A stretch of DNA of 64,000 bases from an uncultured Thermococci archaeon (GCA_964549615.1 CAZJVP010000088.1:25868-89867); one strand, 5' to 3'; shown: positions 37,597 through 47,948, counted from the first letter of the stretch. Numbers and translations are program-made. Notes: generated from the letters alone by a model not told the origin.

Positions 37597-39499
37597 GCTG
37601 ACCACCTTTGCCGTGGATCTGCTCGGAGACAAAATCCAACCCGAGGCTGGCAAGCTTCTCCCTAGTCGGAACGCCGTCCTTGGTCCACCCGCAGAGGGCG
37701 TAGTATTCGTCCAGCATCTCGTCCAAGCGAACCACCAAGCCCCTGCAAGGACCCACATCGTGGGGCTCTTTCAAACAACGATCAGGCAGCGAGTCGTCCT
37801 TTCTGCGGAAGCCTTCCCTGACGTTGAAAGCCCTCGTCAGATTGTCGATCCTTTCACCGATCCTGAGGAACTCGTCCAGATCCTTGAACTCGAAGCCAGT
37901 CGCGGCCGTCACCATCTTCTGCACCAGCGCCTCGTCGAAGGCGAAGGATGCGAATAGGCAAAGGCCGCTGGAATCCCACGCGACGGCTATGTTCTGTGTG
38001 CCCCTTTTGACCTCGGATGCCTTGCCCTCGATCGTCCTTGGGTCCATCGCATTCCAGCCAAGCATCTCCTTCCCAGCCGTCCAGGGCCTAAGGTGGCAGG
38101 CCCCTCTGTCGGACCGCGCGTAGGCGAGTCCCATACCCTGCGCGGCCCTGGGCTCGTATGCCGGGAATTCCAGACCTTTGGTATGCATGGCAAATGCCTC
38201 CGAGCCCTTCCCGATCTTCTTGGAAGCTCGCATCACCCCATTTCCGACCAAAGACCCGAGATTGCCACGCAGGGTTCCTGCCCTCTCCACGGCATCCACC
38301 ATCGCCTCCGCATTGCCGAACCTCAGGTCAACGCCATCGGTCTCCGTCTTGGAGATCAAGCCTTTCTCGAAGCATTCCATCAGGAATCCGATGGTGTTTC
38401 CCACGGAAATCGTATCTATGCCGAAGTAGTCGCACAGGTAGTCGGCTCTCGCTATTGCGGTCCGATCGCTAACGCCGCACTGAGGTCCGAAAGCCCATAC
38501 CGTCTCATACTCGGGCCCCTCGGTCACCGTTCCGGCCCACCTACCCCTGTCAACGATTGCGACATGCGCACACTTTATCGGGCAGTTCCAACAGGGGCGC
38601 GTGCCGGCGCTTTGCCTCGGAACCCATAAGTCTTCCGCAAACGCATCCCCATCCACATCCAGGATTCTGTCGAATGAGCCACTCTGGAAGTTCCTCGTCG
38701 GCCACCCGCCAGCCTCGTTTATCCCGTCTGCTATGTTGCAGCTTCCCCTAATGACAAGCCCACCCCTCTTTGCCCTGCTCGTTCGGAAGTCGTCGGCAAT
38801 CTTCCTGTGAGCCTCCCGCACGGCGGCCCTCATGCTGGCTGAGTCCTTCACTAGGTCATCCGGCTTTCCGGATCCGCAGACCACGATCGCCTTTAGGTTC
38901 TTTGAACCCATCACTGCCCCTGGGCCGCCCCTTCCAACTGCTCTCACCTCGGAAATGATGCTTGCGAGAAGCGCCTTGCGCTCGCCGGCCGGACCTATCT
39001 CAGCAACCCTCGGGACCCCGTCGCCGGCGTGCTCATCCTTCAGCAACCTTTCAGTTGTGAAGGTGTCGCTTCCCCAAAGCCAGGAAGCGTCCTTGAGAGA
39101 GGCGTCCGAGTCGTGGACGTAGAGATAGGTCGGTTTCTTGGCGCAGCCCTCGACCACGATCCCGTCGTAACCCGCCCATTTCAAAGCCGGGCCCCAAGAG
39201 CCCCCGCAGTGGCAGTCCAACCAGGCCCCGGTGAGGGGCGACTTCGTGCAGACGCAGAAACGGTTGCCCGTGGGAGCGGTGGTGCCCGTCAGGGGGCCCG
39301 TCATGAAGACCAGCTTGTTGTATCTCCCCAAGGGGTCGACGCCCTTCTTGAGCTCCCTGAACAGGACGTATGCACCGTATCCCTTCCCACCTAGAAACAT
39401 CTTCGAGGCTTCGACATCGAGTGGCTCTTCCTCGACGCTGCGTTTGGAGAGGTTAACCCTCAGCAACCTGCCCGTGAAACCGAAATAGCTGCCCTTCAT
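37589..39499 (-). CDS. aor: Aldehyde:ferredoxin oxidoreductase family (W/Mo-pterin)
   Basis: KSPLTG, IGPAGE, GAVMGSKNLKAI, CWNCPIKC, GPEYET, RGACH. Confidence 0.93.
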   Translation of the reverse strand: MKGSYFGFTGRLLRVNLSKRSVEEEPLDVEASKMFLGGKGYGAYVLFRELKKGVDPLGRYNKLVFMTGPLTGTTAPTGNRFCVCTKSPLTGAWLDCHCGGSWGPALKWAGYDGIVVEGCAKKPTYLYVHDSDASLKDASWLWGSDTFTTERLLKDEHAGDGVPRVAEIGPAGERKALLASIISEVRAVGRGGPGAVMGSKNLKAIVVCGSGKPDDLVKDSASMRAAVREAHRKIADDFRTSRAKRGGLVIRGSCNIADGINEAGGWPTRNFQSGSFDRILDVDGDAFAEDLWVPRQSAGTRPCWNCPIKCAHVAIVDRGRWAGTVTEGPEYETVWAFGPQCGVSDRTAIARADYLCDYFGIDTISVGNTIGFLMECFEKGLISKTETDGVDLRFGNAEAMVDAVERAGTLRGNLGSLVGNGVMRASKKIGKGSEAFAMHTKGLEFPAYEPRAAQGMGLAYARSDRGACHLRPWTAGKEMLGWNAMDPRTIEGKASEVKRGTQNIAVAWDSSGLCLFASFAFDEALVQKMVTAATGFEFKDLDEFLRIGERIDNLTRAFNVREGFRRKDDSLPDRCLKEPHDVGPCRGLVVRLDEMLDEYYALCGWTKDGVPTREKLASLGLDFVSEQIHGKGGQHD

Positions 39500-39553
39500 C
39501 TCGCACCCTGCCAACGCGGCAGCCCTAGAGCTCTTAACTATTTGGCCTTTCTC

Positions 39554-40315
39554 TCAGTACACCACCGACTCCTCGTAAAGCGTCAGCGCCGCCTTGAAAG
39601 CGGCAAGAACGACCCCGAGCACACATAGGACTATGATCAGCACCATCAGGCCACCCATCCTACCCTGAGGCCCGAACCCGACGTAGACCCTCGCCTCGTT
39701 TGCTCCCTCTCCGCCGAAGCTCCAGAAGATGGAGGATCCTTCTATCCTGGGGAGGACGGTCACGTTCTGCGTGGGAAGGCAATTCGTGACCCTTTGGCCG
39801 TCTGGAAGATGCAGGGCCACTCTCGTTCGGGCAATCTCAAGATTGGAGCGCGGGGTAACCATGGAGAATCTCTTAGACTTCCCTCCCACCATCAGCAACG
39901 GGAGCGAGGAGTGCGTCCGGACCATCTCCACCATATTGATCAGGTGCATCCGGATCACTGCGTCCACCTCTGCCATCGCGCCAAGCACATCGATCGTGAC
40001 GACGGTTCTGCCCTGGGCGAAATCGAATGACGAGACGGTTTGGGCGCCCTGGGTCTTCACCTCGACCTTCTTCTCCCACTCCAAAAGCTCCTGGGGATTC
40101 TCGAAGAGATGCTCCAAGCTGAAGGCGTATGTGAAGTTGACCTGCCCGGACCAACCCTCCTCGCCCGAAATAGTGACCGTGTGAACGAGATCCACCCCCT
40201 CGTGTTCGTCGAACTTGATCTCGAGTACCTGCATGGTGATGCAGGGTTGGGCCCAGACAGGCTGGCTGATTGCCAAGAACGCCGCGGTCGCCACGGCGAC
40301 GGGTATGCTCCTCAC
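39554..40315 (-). CDS. Secreted, C-terminally membrane-anchored protein
   Basis: Signal peptide, beta-rich ectodomain, C-terminal TM. Confidence 0.65.
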   Translation of the reverse strand: MRSIPVAVATAAFLAISQPVWAQPCITMQVLEIKFDEHEGVDLVHTVTISGEEGWSGQVNFTYAFSLEHLFENPQELLEWEKKVEVKTQGAQTVSSFDFAQGRTVVTIDVLGAMAEVDAVIRMHLINMVEMVRTHSSLPLLMVGGKSKRFSMVTPRSNLEIARTRVALHLPDGQRVTNCLPTQNVTVLPRIEGSSIFWSFGGEGANEARVYVGFGPQGRMGGLMVLIIVLCVLGVVLAAFKAALTLYEESVVY

Positions 40316-40381
40316 GGCTCGTCACCGCGCTCCATCCCAGGGCATTCGGCGATCGTTGGCGGCGCCTCCTTCGTCAAGTCC

Positions 40382-40903
40382 CTAGAACTTCCTCGACAAC
40401 TTGGAGATCGCCTTCAATACTGCTTCCTCCTCGAACTGGAGCGCCGTCACCGGTATCCGAACCACCTTCTCCAAGGTGTTTGCCGCAATCGGCCCGCAGA
40501 CTATGCCCCTCATCCTCTCCCGCTCGGCCCTAATGCCCTGGATGATCTCCTCCTCTATGGTCATGGCTGGGTACTCGCGGATGAGGATCGGCTTGGCCCT
40601 TCCCTCAACCCTCACCTCTCTCCTCAGCGTATCGAGAGCGCCCCTAGCTGTTATGACTCCGATTCGTTCCTCACCATCCGCCTCGTCGACCCTGCGCATG
40701 GCTTGTATGAGCCTTCTGAGATTGGAGATCATGAAATCCTCTCGCTTCTTGGACATTATCTTGTAGAGGGTGTTCGCAGGCATCCCGGATTTTTCGCAGA
40801 ACTCCTTCGTTGTCAGGTTCCTCTCGGCGAGGAAGGCCCTGACTGCCAGGACCAGCTTCTCCGTCGATTCCATCGATGCCAAGAGAACATCTTGGGCGTC
40901 CAT
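40382..40903 (-). CDS. Archaeal HTH transcriptional regulator with a C-terminal ligand domain
   Basis: Xre-like HTH (TTKEFCEKSGMPANTLYKI) plus IGVITARGALD...GIVCGPI; divergent from the ABC importer. Confidence 0.85.
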   Translation of the reverse strand: MDAQDVLLASMESTEKLVLAVRAFLAERNLTTKEFCEKSGMPANTLYKIMSKKREDFMISNLRRLIQAMRRVDEADGEERIGVITARGALDTLRREVRVEGRAKPILIREYPAMTIEEEIIQGIRAERERMRGIVCGPIAANTLEKVVRIPVTALQFEEEAVLKAISKLSRKF

Positions 40904-41015
40904 ATTTCCTCCAAGGGAAAATGAATGCGGAGTCCGCTTAAAAGCGTTATCCAGAGATGGAAATTATGTTTCCGCGATAGGCCACGCTTTTAAGCTTGGA
41001 GCGCGACTCGCACCG

Positions 41016-42047
41016 ATGGTTGGTCGTATGAGGTCAGGGCTGATTGCAGTTGTCGTGGCCGTGGTGGTCGTGGGCATCGCGGTGGCGGCGTTTCTCATGC
41101 TGAGGGAGAAGCCCGAGACCACTCCGCCCGAGATAACCAATGTGACGATACGCTACGGCGGGCAGTACTACGCCGGAGAGTTCCTTCTGTACGGTTTGGG
41201 CCCCCAGTTCTGGTACAAGTATGGAATCTTCGTCAGCCACTACATATTCCCCTCGGCCGGGCCTGCCAACGACGCATTGATCGCAGGATCCATAGATATC
41301 AACTGTGGGGCTGACACCAGGACGGTAACCCTCTTCACGGCCATACCCGACCAGGCCCTCATCATCGGCACCGTGGAACGCGGGAACCGCTACTCCACGG
41401 TCGTCAGCGTCAACAGCACCTACCAGGATTGGAAGGACCTGAAGGGGAAGAAGATAGGGATAAAGCTAGGGACCGGCGCAGAGTCCGTCCTGCGGAAGTA
41501 CTTCGACCAACAGGGAATCAAATGGGAGGACTACCAGTGGGTGAACATGGAAGTCACCGACATGGTGGCTTACCTCCAACAGGGCAAGATAGATGCCTTC
41601 CACGCATGGGAGTTCACCCCCTCCATTGCTGAGGCAAAAGGCGTCGGTAGGGTAATACGGACCTACGGCGACGTTGCGCTCACGCCGGCCTGCATACACA
41701 CGACGAAGAAGTTCGTACAGGAGAACCGCGAGGCCGTGGTAAGATTTCTGGCGGCCCAGATGGAGAAGGCCGACTTGATCAAGAATAATCCGGACGAGGC
41801 CGCCCGGATAGCGCACGAGGCAGCCGCCCAGATCGGGGTCGATGTTCCCGTGGAGGCCTTCAAGAGGTCGTTCCAGCGGGCCGACTACCGGATCGACTTC
41901 AACCAGACGATCATCGACGCCATAATTGAGACGGCCGAGTTCCTCAAGAACCAAAAGAAGATCCAGGAGATACCGACGTTCGCTTGGGACGATACGCTCC
42001 TCAAGGACGCCAGGGAGTACTACGAAAAGGTCAAGCAAAAGGGCTAG
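41016..42047 (+). CDS. ABC substrate-binding protein (SsuA/TauA/NMT1 family)
   Basis: N-terminal TM anchor, DALIAGSID, DLKGKKIG, GKIDAFHAWE; TTTTAAG TATA ~25 nt upstream. Confidence 0.9.
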   Translation: MVGRMRSGLIAVVVAVVVVGIAVAAFLMLREKPETTPPEITNVTIRYGGQYYAGEFLLYGLGPQFWYKYGIFVSHYIFPSAGPANDALIAGSIDINCGADTRTVTLFTAIPDQALIIGTVERGNRYSTVVSVNSTYQDWKDLKGKKIGIKLGTGAESVLRKYFDQQGIKWEDYQWVNMEVTDMVAYLQQGKIDAFHAWEFTPSIAEAKGVGRVIRTYGDVALTPACIHTTKKFVQENREAVVRFLAAQMEKADLIKNNPDEAARIAHEAAAQIGVDVPVEAFKRSFQRADYRIDFNQTIIDAIIETAEFLKNQKKIQEIPTFAWDDTLLKDAREYYEKVKQKG

Positions 42048-42050
42048 GAC

Positions 42051-42866
42051 TTGAGGAGGTCGGGCCGAACCTACAGAGCGCTCTCGAGCTTGGGCTCCTT
42101 CGTGCTCCCACTTCTCCTATTCTGCTTGCTCTGGGAGCTCGTGAGCCGCACCGGCCTGGTGAAGGCTGTCCTCTTGCCCCCGCCGTCCAAGGTCTTCCCA
42201 AGGCTCGTCGCGCTAGCAACGTCCCCGACCGAGTCCGGGCATTCGCTCCTGCTGAAGCATGTCCTGACCAGCCTCTACAGGTTAGGCCTCGGATTCCTCG
42301 CAGCAGGGATGTTCGGCGTCGCGCTCGGCCTCGCCATGGGGTCCAACAGGTTCATCAACGCTTACTTTAACCCCGTAATCACCATCCTCATGCCTGTCCC
42401 GGGGATCACTTGGGCCCCCATCCTGGTGCTCGTGCTGGGATTCGGGGATCCCACGCTGATCGTGGTCACCTTCATCGCCTCCTTCTTCCCCGTCGTGTGC
42501 AATACGGCGTCGGGGGTCAGGAGCGTGAAGAAGGAGCTGCTCTGGGCGGCAAGGATCATGGGCGCCAACAGGATCTCTCTCTTCTTGAAGGTCCTCTTGC
42601 CGTCTAGCGCGCCGCACATCCTGACCGGCCTGAAGCTGGGGTTGGCCGCGGGCTGGAGGACGCTGATAGCGGTTGAGATGATTGCTTCGGCACTGTGGGG
42701 GCTCGGATACATGATCTTCGATGCCAAGGAGTACCTCAGGACCGACATAATATACGCCGGCATAATACTGATGGCCGTCATATATGCCGTGATCGAAAGA
42801 GCCGCATTCGGGCTCGTGGAGAGAAAGACTGTGCAGAGATGGGGGGTGGTGTCGGAGATTGCATAA
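42051..42866 (+). CDS. ABC permease (SsuC/TauC family)
   Basis: LLPPPSKV, SLYRL, NTASGVRSV, AARIMGA, LIAVEM. Confidence 0.93.
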   Translation: MRRSGRTYRALSSLGSFVLPLLLFCLLWELVSRTGLVKAVLLPPPSKVFPRLVALATSPTESGHSLLLKHVLTSLYRLGLGFLAAGMFGVALGLAMGSNRFINAYFNPVITILMPVPGITWAPILVLVLGFGDPTLIVVTFIASFFPVVCNTASGVRSVKKELLWAARIMGANRISLFLKVLLPSSAPHILTGLKLGLAAGWRTLIAVEMIASALWGLGYMIFDAKEYLRTDIIYAGIILMAVIYAVIERAAFGLVERKTVQRWGVVSEIA

Positions 42867-43656
42867 GAAGGAGGTGTATCTGCGGGCGCGCGAGGCGGCC
42901 TTCTTCGCCGCCCCGCTTGTGAGCTTGCTGCTCATGTGGCAGGTCGTGGCATCCCTCGGCTTCATTCGCATATTGCCCACGCCGGTCGATGTCGGAAGGA
43001 CGATCCTAAACCTCTGCGAACAGACCAGGAATGGAAGCCCGTTGCTTCTGACCCACCTCGCAGCCAGCCTCTTCAGGGTCGGCATCGGGTTCTGCTTGGC
43101 CATGGCCATAGGGATTCCCGTGGGCTTACTCATAGGCATCAGCAAGCACGCAAGTTACCTAGCCCGCCCAATCCTCTCCTTGCTGATGCCCGTGCCCACG
43201 ATCGCCTGGGTTCCGATGCTTCTCATCGTGTGGGGGCTCGGAGACCGGACGATAGTGGCGGCCATATTCCTTGGCGCCTTCTTCAGCATCGCTTATAATA
43301 CTGCAAGCGGAGTGAGAAGCATCGATAAGAACTTGATCTGGGCGGCCTATACGATGGGGGCTTCCAAACGGACCATCTTTTGCCGAGTGCTCCTTCCGGG
43401 TTCGATGGTCTCCGTGCTCACCGGATTAAGGCTGGCAGTGGGCTACTCGTGGAGAGCGCTCGTCGGCGCGGAGATGCTGGCCGGAACGGGATGGGGCTTG
43501 GGCTACCTCGTTTTCGCTGCCAGGGCGCTCGCGGCCGCCGACGTGATGTTTGCCGGGCTCCTCGTCATCATGGCAGCCGGACATCTCATGGAGAGATGTA
43601 TCATCGGCCCGCTTGAGAGAAGGACGGTGCAGAAATGGGGAGTGATCAGGGCATAG
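42859..43656 (+). CDS. ABC permease (SsuC/TauC family), paralog
   Basis: LPTPVDV, NTASGVRSI, WRALVGAEM. Confidence 0.93.
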   Translation: MHKKEVYLRAREAAFFAAPLVSLLLMWQVVASLGFIRILPTPVDVGRTILNLCEQTRNGSPLLLTHLAASLFRVGIGFCLAMAIGIPVGLLIGISKHASYLARPILSLLMPVPTIAWVPMLLIVWGLGDRTIVAAIFLGAFFSIAYNTASGVRSIDKNLIWAAYTMGASKRTIFCRVLLPGSMVSVLTGLRLAVGYSWRALVGAEMLAGTGWGLGYLVFAARALAAADVMFAGLLVIMAAGHLMERCIIGPLERRTVQKWGVIRA

Positions 43657-44477
43657 ACACATCAAGGCGGCCCAAGCTTGAGGCCCGGCATTTGCGGAAG
43701 GAGTTCGGGACGGGCGAGGAGAAGGTCTTGGCGATCCAGGACATCAATTTCACCGTCCGGGACAACGAATTCTGCGTCATCGTCGGGCCGTCGGGGTGCG
43801 GAAAGTCCACGCTACTTTATCTCGTGGCTGGTTTCGAGAAGCCGACCGCCGGCGAGATCCTGCTCGATGGGAAGCGCATAGAGGGCCCGGGACCGGACCG
43901 GGGATTCGTCTTCCAAGAATTCGCACTTTATCCTTGGAAGACCGTCCTGGCCAACGTTAGCTTTGGACTCGAGATCCAAGGGGTCGACAAGAAGGAGGCA
44001 AGGCGGAGGGCACAGGAGTACGTCAAGATCATAGGCCTATCCGGATTCGAGAACGCCTACCCGCACACCCTCTCAGGCGGCATGAAACAGCGGGTCGGCA
44101 TCGCAAGGGCGCTCGCCTACGACCCGGAGATACTGCTGATGGACGAGCCCTTCGGATCCCTCGATGCACAGACGAAGAAGCTGATGCAGACCGAACTGCT
44201 GAGGGTCTGGGCCAAGACGAGGAAGACGGTTCTCTACGTCACCCACAGCGTCGTGGAGGCAACGTACCTAGCGGACAGAGTCATCGTCCTCACCGCCCGG
44301 CCCTCCAAGGTGAAGGGGATAGTGGAGGTGGACCTTCCGCGGCCAAGAAGTTACACGGATGACGATTACCTCGATGTTCGAGAGAGGATCCTCCGCCTCC
44401 TCGACGAGGAAGTCGCCAAGGCATTCGAGAGCGAAACCACGCAGCCGGGGCGGGCTCAAGGCGGCCCGCCTACTTGA
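43635..44477 (+). CDS. ABC ATP-binding protein (SsuB/TauB/NrtD family)
   Basis: GPSGCGKST, YPHTLSGGMKQR, MDEPFGSLD. Confidence 0.95.
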   Translation: MGSDQGIDTSRRPKLEARHLRKEFGTGEEKVLAIQDINFTVRDNEFCVIVGPSGCGKSTLLYLVAGFEKPTAGEILLDGKRIEGPGPDRGFVFQEFALYPWKTVLANVSFGLEIQGVDKKEARRRAQEYVKIIGLSGFENAYPHTLSGGMKQRVGIARALAYDPEILLMDEPFGSLDAQTKKLMQTELLRVWAKTRKTVLYVTHSVVEATYLADRVIVLTARPSKVKGIVEVDLPRPRSYTDDDYLDVRERILRLLDEEVAKAFESETTQPGRAQGGPPT

Positions 44478-45219
44478 AGAGGAAGGAAAGCTCCCTCTCC
44501 ACAACGGAGTTTTCGAGCTTTTCGTACCGTTCCAGGCTCCCAACGTCGTACCAGAAGGAGTCGGTAAGATACCCCTTGACCTTCTCGCCGCTCGATATGA
44601 GGGCGGGTATGACATCTCCGGTGAGATCGATGCTGACCTTCTCCCCCTTGCGGATCTTCTCCTCCCGGATTCTTTCGATCATCCTGACCGCTGACTTGTT
44701 CAGGCAGAAGATGCCCACGGCAACGGGCCTGCCCAGCATTGGCTTCTCCACGAAGCCCTTCAGGTCGCCGTCCGGCCCCATCTCGGCAACGCCCACCCTG
44801 ACGGGAAAGTCCCTGGCAAGCGCGACGGTGCAGGCCGCCTTGGACTCGAGGTGCTTCTTCCACATATCCGTCAGATCCACCGAGCTCAGGATGTCGCCGT
44901 AGTAGACGATGAAGTTGTCCGCGAGCTGGCCGCGTGCGTGCAGCAGCGCCCCCGCAGTCCCCGTCATCTCCTTGGTGTCTTCGACGAATCGGAAGGTTGC
45001 GTTGAACCTCGGCCCCTCGTTGAAGTAGTTGATTATCTGATTTGCCCTATAGTTGATCAGCATGATGATGTCGTTGAAGCCGTGGTACGTGAGGAGCTTC
45101 ACGACGTACTCCAACAGCGGCTTCTCCCTCGTGCCGACGGGAACCATGGTTTTCTGGAAGTAGAAGGTCAAGGGACGAAGCCTAACCCCCTCGCCTCCCG
45201 CCAACACGACTGCTTGCAT
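44470..45219 (-). CDS. Sugar-phosphate nucleotidyltransferase
   Basis: AVVLAGGEGVRLRPLT, GTAGAL, YGD, FVEKP, WYDVG. Confidence 0.92.
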   Translation of the reverse strand: MQAVVLAGGEGVRLRPLTFYFQKTMVPVGTREKPLLEYVVKLLTYHGFNDIIMLINYRANQIINYFNEGPRFNATFRFVEDTKEMTGTAGALLHARGQLADNFIVYYGDILSSVDLTDMWKKHLESKAACTVALARDFPVRVGVAEMGPDGDLKGFVEKPMLGRPVAVGIFCLNKSAVRMIERIREEKIRKGEKVSIDLTGDVIPALISSGEKVKGYLTDSFWYDVGSLERYEKLENSVVERELSFLFK

Positions 45220-45329
45220 CACCGCTCCTCGTGCGGATGCCTTAAAATCTGTTCCCAGCCCCCCGATCAAAGCCAATCTAACCATTTCAATGAGCAAGAT
45301 TTTTCCGGTATGCCCTTGCGTGGCCCCCT

Positions 45330-45983
45330 GTGGAGTTGGGACGGGAGCGCGACCTCCTAGCTGGAGCCAGAGCCTTCATGCGCGATGCCCTCGGGTTCGA
45401 CCAAAACATGCTGCTCGAAGAGATCCCATCTCCTTGGGGCAGGCCTGACCTTCTGGGCGTCCGATTCCCGCCCCGATGCCGTGCCTGGCAAAGACCGATC
45501 GGCAGAGGAGCTCTCTGCCTCATCTCCTTCCTAGAGGCGCAGGGCCGGGCCGGCGTAAACGAGATAGGAAATCGGTTCGGGGTGACCGGACGGAGCGTGG
45601 CCAACCTCGCATCTGGGCCCCTCGCCGAGTCCCTGCTGACTTTTGACGGACGCACCCTCGGCCTCGGACCTCGCCCCCTGAGGCGATTCGAACATATCTG
45701 CGCAGTCGAGATCAAGCTCCGCGACTGGAAGGCTGGGCTTGCACAAGCCGTGAGGTACAAGACATTCTCGGATGAGGTCTACGTTTTCCTCGGACGGATC
45801 CCCAAGGCGCCACCTCGCCACGCTTTCACCCGGTCGGGAGTAGGGCTCGTCCAGCTCGGCCCCGAGCCGGCGGTTGTGGTCGCACCAACGGACACCTCGA
45901 ACGAGAACGTCACCATGTGTCGAAGGATCGTCGAGGAAAACATCAACCGGGCGATGCGCGCCGCTAGGCGAAGGCCTTTCTGA
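45330..45983 (+). CDS. PD-(D/E)XK nuclease-like protein with an inserted winged HTH
   Basis: EE...GRPDLL, HTH-like VNEIGNRFGVTGRSV, AVEIKLRDWKAGLAQAVRY, GVGL. Confidence 0.65.
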   Translation: MELGRERDLLAGARAFMRDALGFDQNMLLEEIPSPWGRPDLLGVRFPPRCRAWQRPIGRGALCLISFLEAQGRAGVNEIGNRFGVTGRSVANLASGPLAESLLTFDGRTLGLGPRPLRRFEHICAVEIKLRDWKAGLAQAVRYKTFSDEVYVFLGRIPKAPPRHAFTRSGVGLVQLGPEPAVVVAPTDTSNENVTMCRRIVEENINRAMRAARRRPF

Positions 45984-46776
45984 GGTAGGCAATGCTCTTG
46001 CTCGCGATGGTTTGGGGATCGGGCGAGAAGTCGAAAACCTCCACGGAAACGTAGCCCTCATAGGCTATCTCGCGCAAAGCGCGAGCTATTGGAACGAAAT
46101 CCGTACTCCCGAAGCCTGGACCCCTTCTGTTTGCGTCGTTTGCGTGAACGTGGGCCAGCTTGCCGCGCGCAGACCGGATGATGCCCGGGATGTCCCTGCC
46201 CTCGCTACTCATTGCCTTGACGTCGAGTATCAACTTGAAATTGGGACTGTCCATCTCCTCAACCATCCTGAGGGCCTCCGCGGCCGTCGTTATGAAGTTC
46301 GTCTCGGCTGCGGACAGCGGCTCGATGCAAAGGGTTACGCCTCCATCCGCCGCGACCGGAAGGCACTCGGAGAATACCTCCTTGGCCAGCGCCCATGCCT
46401 TTTCATAGCTCAGCCCGGGCATGACGGCCCGCTGCTTGGGTGAGCCGATCACCATGACCTTGCCGCCGATCTCGCTGCAGAACCTGACCAGCTCTTGCAG
46501 ATAGGCGGAAGTCTTTCTCCTGATCGAATCATCGGGATGGTTGATGTAGAGCCCCTCCGGTTTGACCAGCAGCCAATGAAGCCCGACGACCTCAAGCCCC
46601 AGCGACTTGGCATAGCCCTTGATGGACTCCCGTTGTCTCGAAGAGAGCTCCTTAACATGGTTGCACAGCGTGAAGGGCGCGATCTCAACCCCGTCGTACC
46701 CCACCGACTTGGCATACTTGAACACCTCCCGGATATTCCAGCCCTCGAACATCTCGTTGCATATGGAGAACTTCAT
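45964..46776 (-). CDS. Sugar phosphate isomerase/epimerase (psicose/tagatose 3-epimerase-like)
   Basis: GYDGVEIAP, IEPL...ETNF, LDVK, HVHANDANRRGPG, SVEVF. Confidence 0.9.
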   Translation of the reverse strand: MKFSICNEMFEGWNIREVFKYAKSVGYDGVEIAPFTLCNHVKELSSRQRESIKGYAKSLGLEVVGLHWLLVKPEGLYINHPDDSIRRKTSAYLQELVRFCSEIGGKVMVIGSPKQRAVMPGLSYEKAWALAKEVFSECLPVAADGGVTLCIEPLSAAETNFITTAAEALRMVEEMDSPNFKLILDVKAMSSEGRDIPGIIRSARGKLAHVHANDANRRGPGFGSTDFVPIARALREIAYEGYVSVEVFDFSPDPQTIASKSIAYLRKAFA

Positions 46777-46809
46777 CCGCTCACCCACCTGTCGCAACTC
46801 TTCCGGATC

Positions 46810-47844
46810 TTATATCTTGCCCAGGGATATCCAAGCCTCCCTTGCGGACGCAACCATCGTGGCTATGGACTCGTGAGGCGTGTCGCGGGGAACCTCGCAG
46901 CCCGTGGAAAAGATGAAGCCCCGCCTCCTTCCCGCCTTCTTGACGGCACCGACGATCATCCTCGTTCTCTGGGCAACCTCCTGCACCGGCGCAAATCTCA
47001 CAAGCGAGGGATCCATGTTTCCCTTCATCGTAGCATTGCCCAGACACCTCATGGATTCCTCAACGCCCACCTTGTGGTCCACATCCACGATGTCCACCAT
47101 GCGGTCAAGCTCCCCGAGGATGGGCAAGGTGTTGCCGCATATGTGCATCTGCACCAGCGCGCCTTTCCTTCGTATGGCTTCGGATAGCCTGCGGTCATAC
47201 TCTGCAAGATTGTCCAAGTATGCCCTAGGCGAGAGGATGTCCATCGAGGAGGAGGCGTTGCCGATCGCGATGACGTCGGCACCTTCCTCGGCCAAAACCG
47301 CGGCGAACTCCCTGCTCACTCCAAGACACTTCTCCAGAAGCGGCTTGACCTTGGGGTCGTGCTTCATGAGATCCACGACCATCTGCTTGAAACCTCGAAG
47401 TTGGGCTGCCAGCTGGTAGGCGCTCATCACCCACGCGATCACGGCATATTCCGCGTCTGAAAGGCGCCTCACCGCCTCGATCTTCACCGGGAACCTCCCC
47501 TCAGCCGTAACATCCGGCGAAGGTATCTCATCTACCCCCATACGGTCCAAGGCAGGCGTCTCCAACCTGGGGAAATCGTTCTCGGGATGGATCGAGATGC
47601 TGCCCATGGTCTCCGCTTCGATGAGAACATCGCTCGCCACATTGACCGAGTCCACCGAGAACTTCCTAGCGCACTTCAGCTGGGCCTCCGCCAGGTCTTG
47701 CCCGTTCTCGCAATACCTTCTGATCGAGATGCCCGAAACCTCGCAGGCGGTGGCCTTAAGGAAAGGAGCGACGGACAGCTCTTCGATGCTCTCGCCCAAG
47801 CAGCCTTCTAGGAACCTGTCCCTCGGGGTCAAGGTGTTCACCAA
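46810..47844 (-). CDS. UroD/MtaA-CmuA family Zn-dependent methyltransferase
   Basis: EAETMG, MHICG, GNMDP, STGCEVP. Confidence 0.85.
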   Translation of the reverse strand: MVNTLTPRDRFLEGCLGESIEELSVAPFLKATACEVSGISIRRYCENGQDLAEAQLKCARKFSVDSVNVASDVLIEAETMGSISIHPENDFPRLETPALDRMGVDEIPSPDVTAEGRFPVKIEAVRRLSDAEYAVIAWVMSAYQLAAQLRGFKQMVVDLMKHDPKVKPLLEKCLGVSREFAAVLAEEGADVIAIGNASSSMDILSPRAYLDNLAEYDRRLSEAIRRKGALVQMHICGNTLPILGELDRMVDIVDVDHKVGVEESMRCLGNATMKGNMDPSLVRFAPVQEVAQRTRMIVGAVKKAGRRRGFIFSTGCEVPRDTPHESIATMVASAREAWISLGKI

Positions 47845-47948
47845 GCTTGCCGATCGAGGCAGGTTTCCGCAACGCTAAACCCAGACTTATGTATTTTCAC
47901 TTCTCCACCGAAGATGTTGTTGTGGACTTGCGTGCTTTCGGGTAGCGT

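Noticed and set aside
46810-47844. Evidence of methanogenesis from the MtaA-like gene
   Set aside because: The UroD/MtaA family is widespread, and no corrinoid protein, MtaB or mcr genes are nearby
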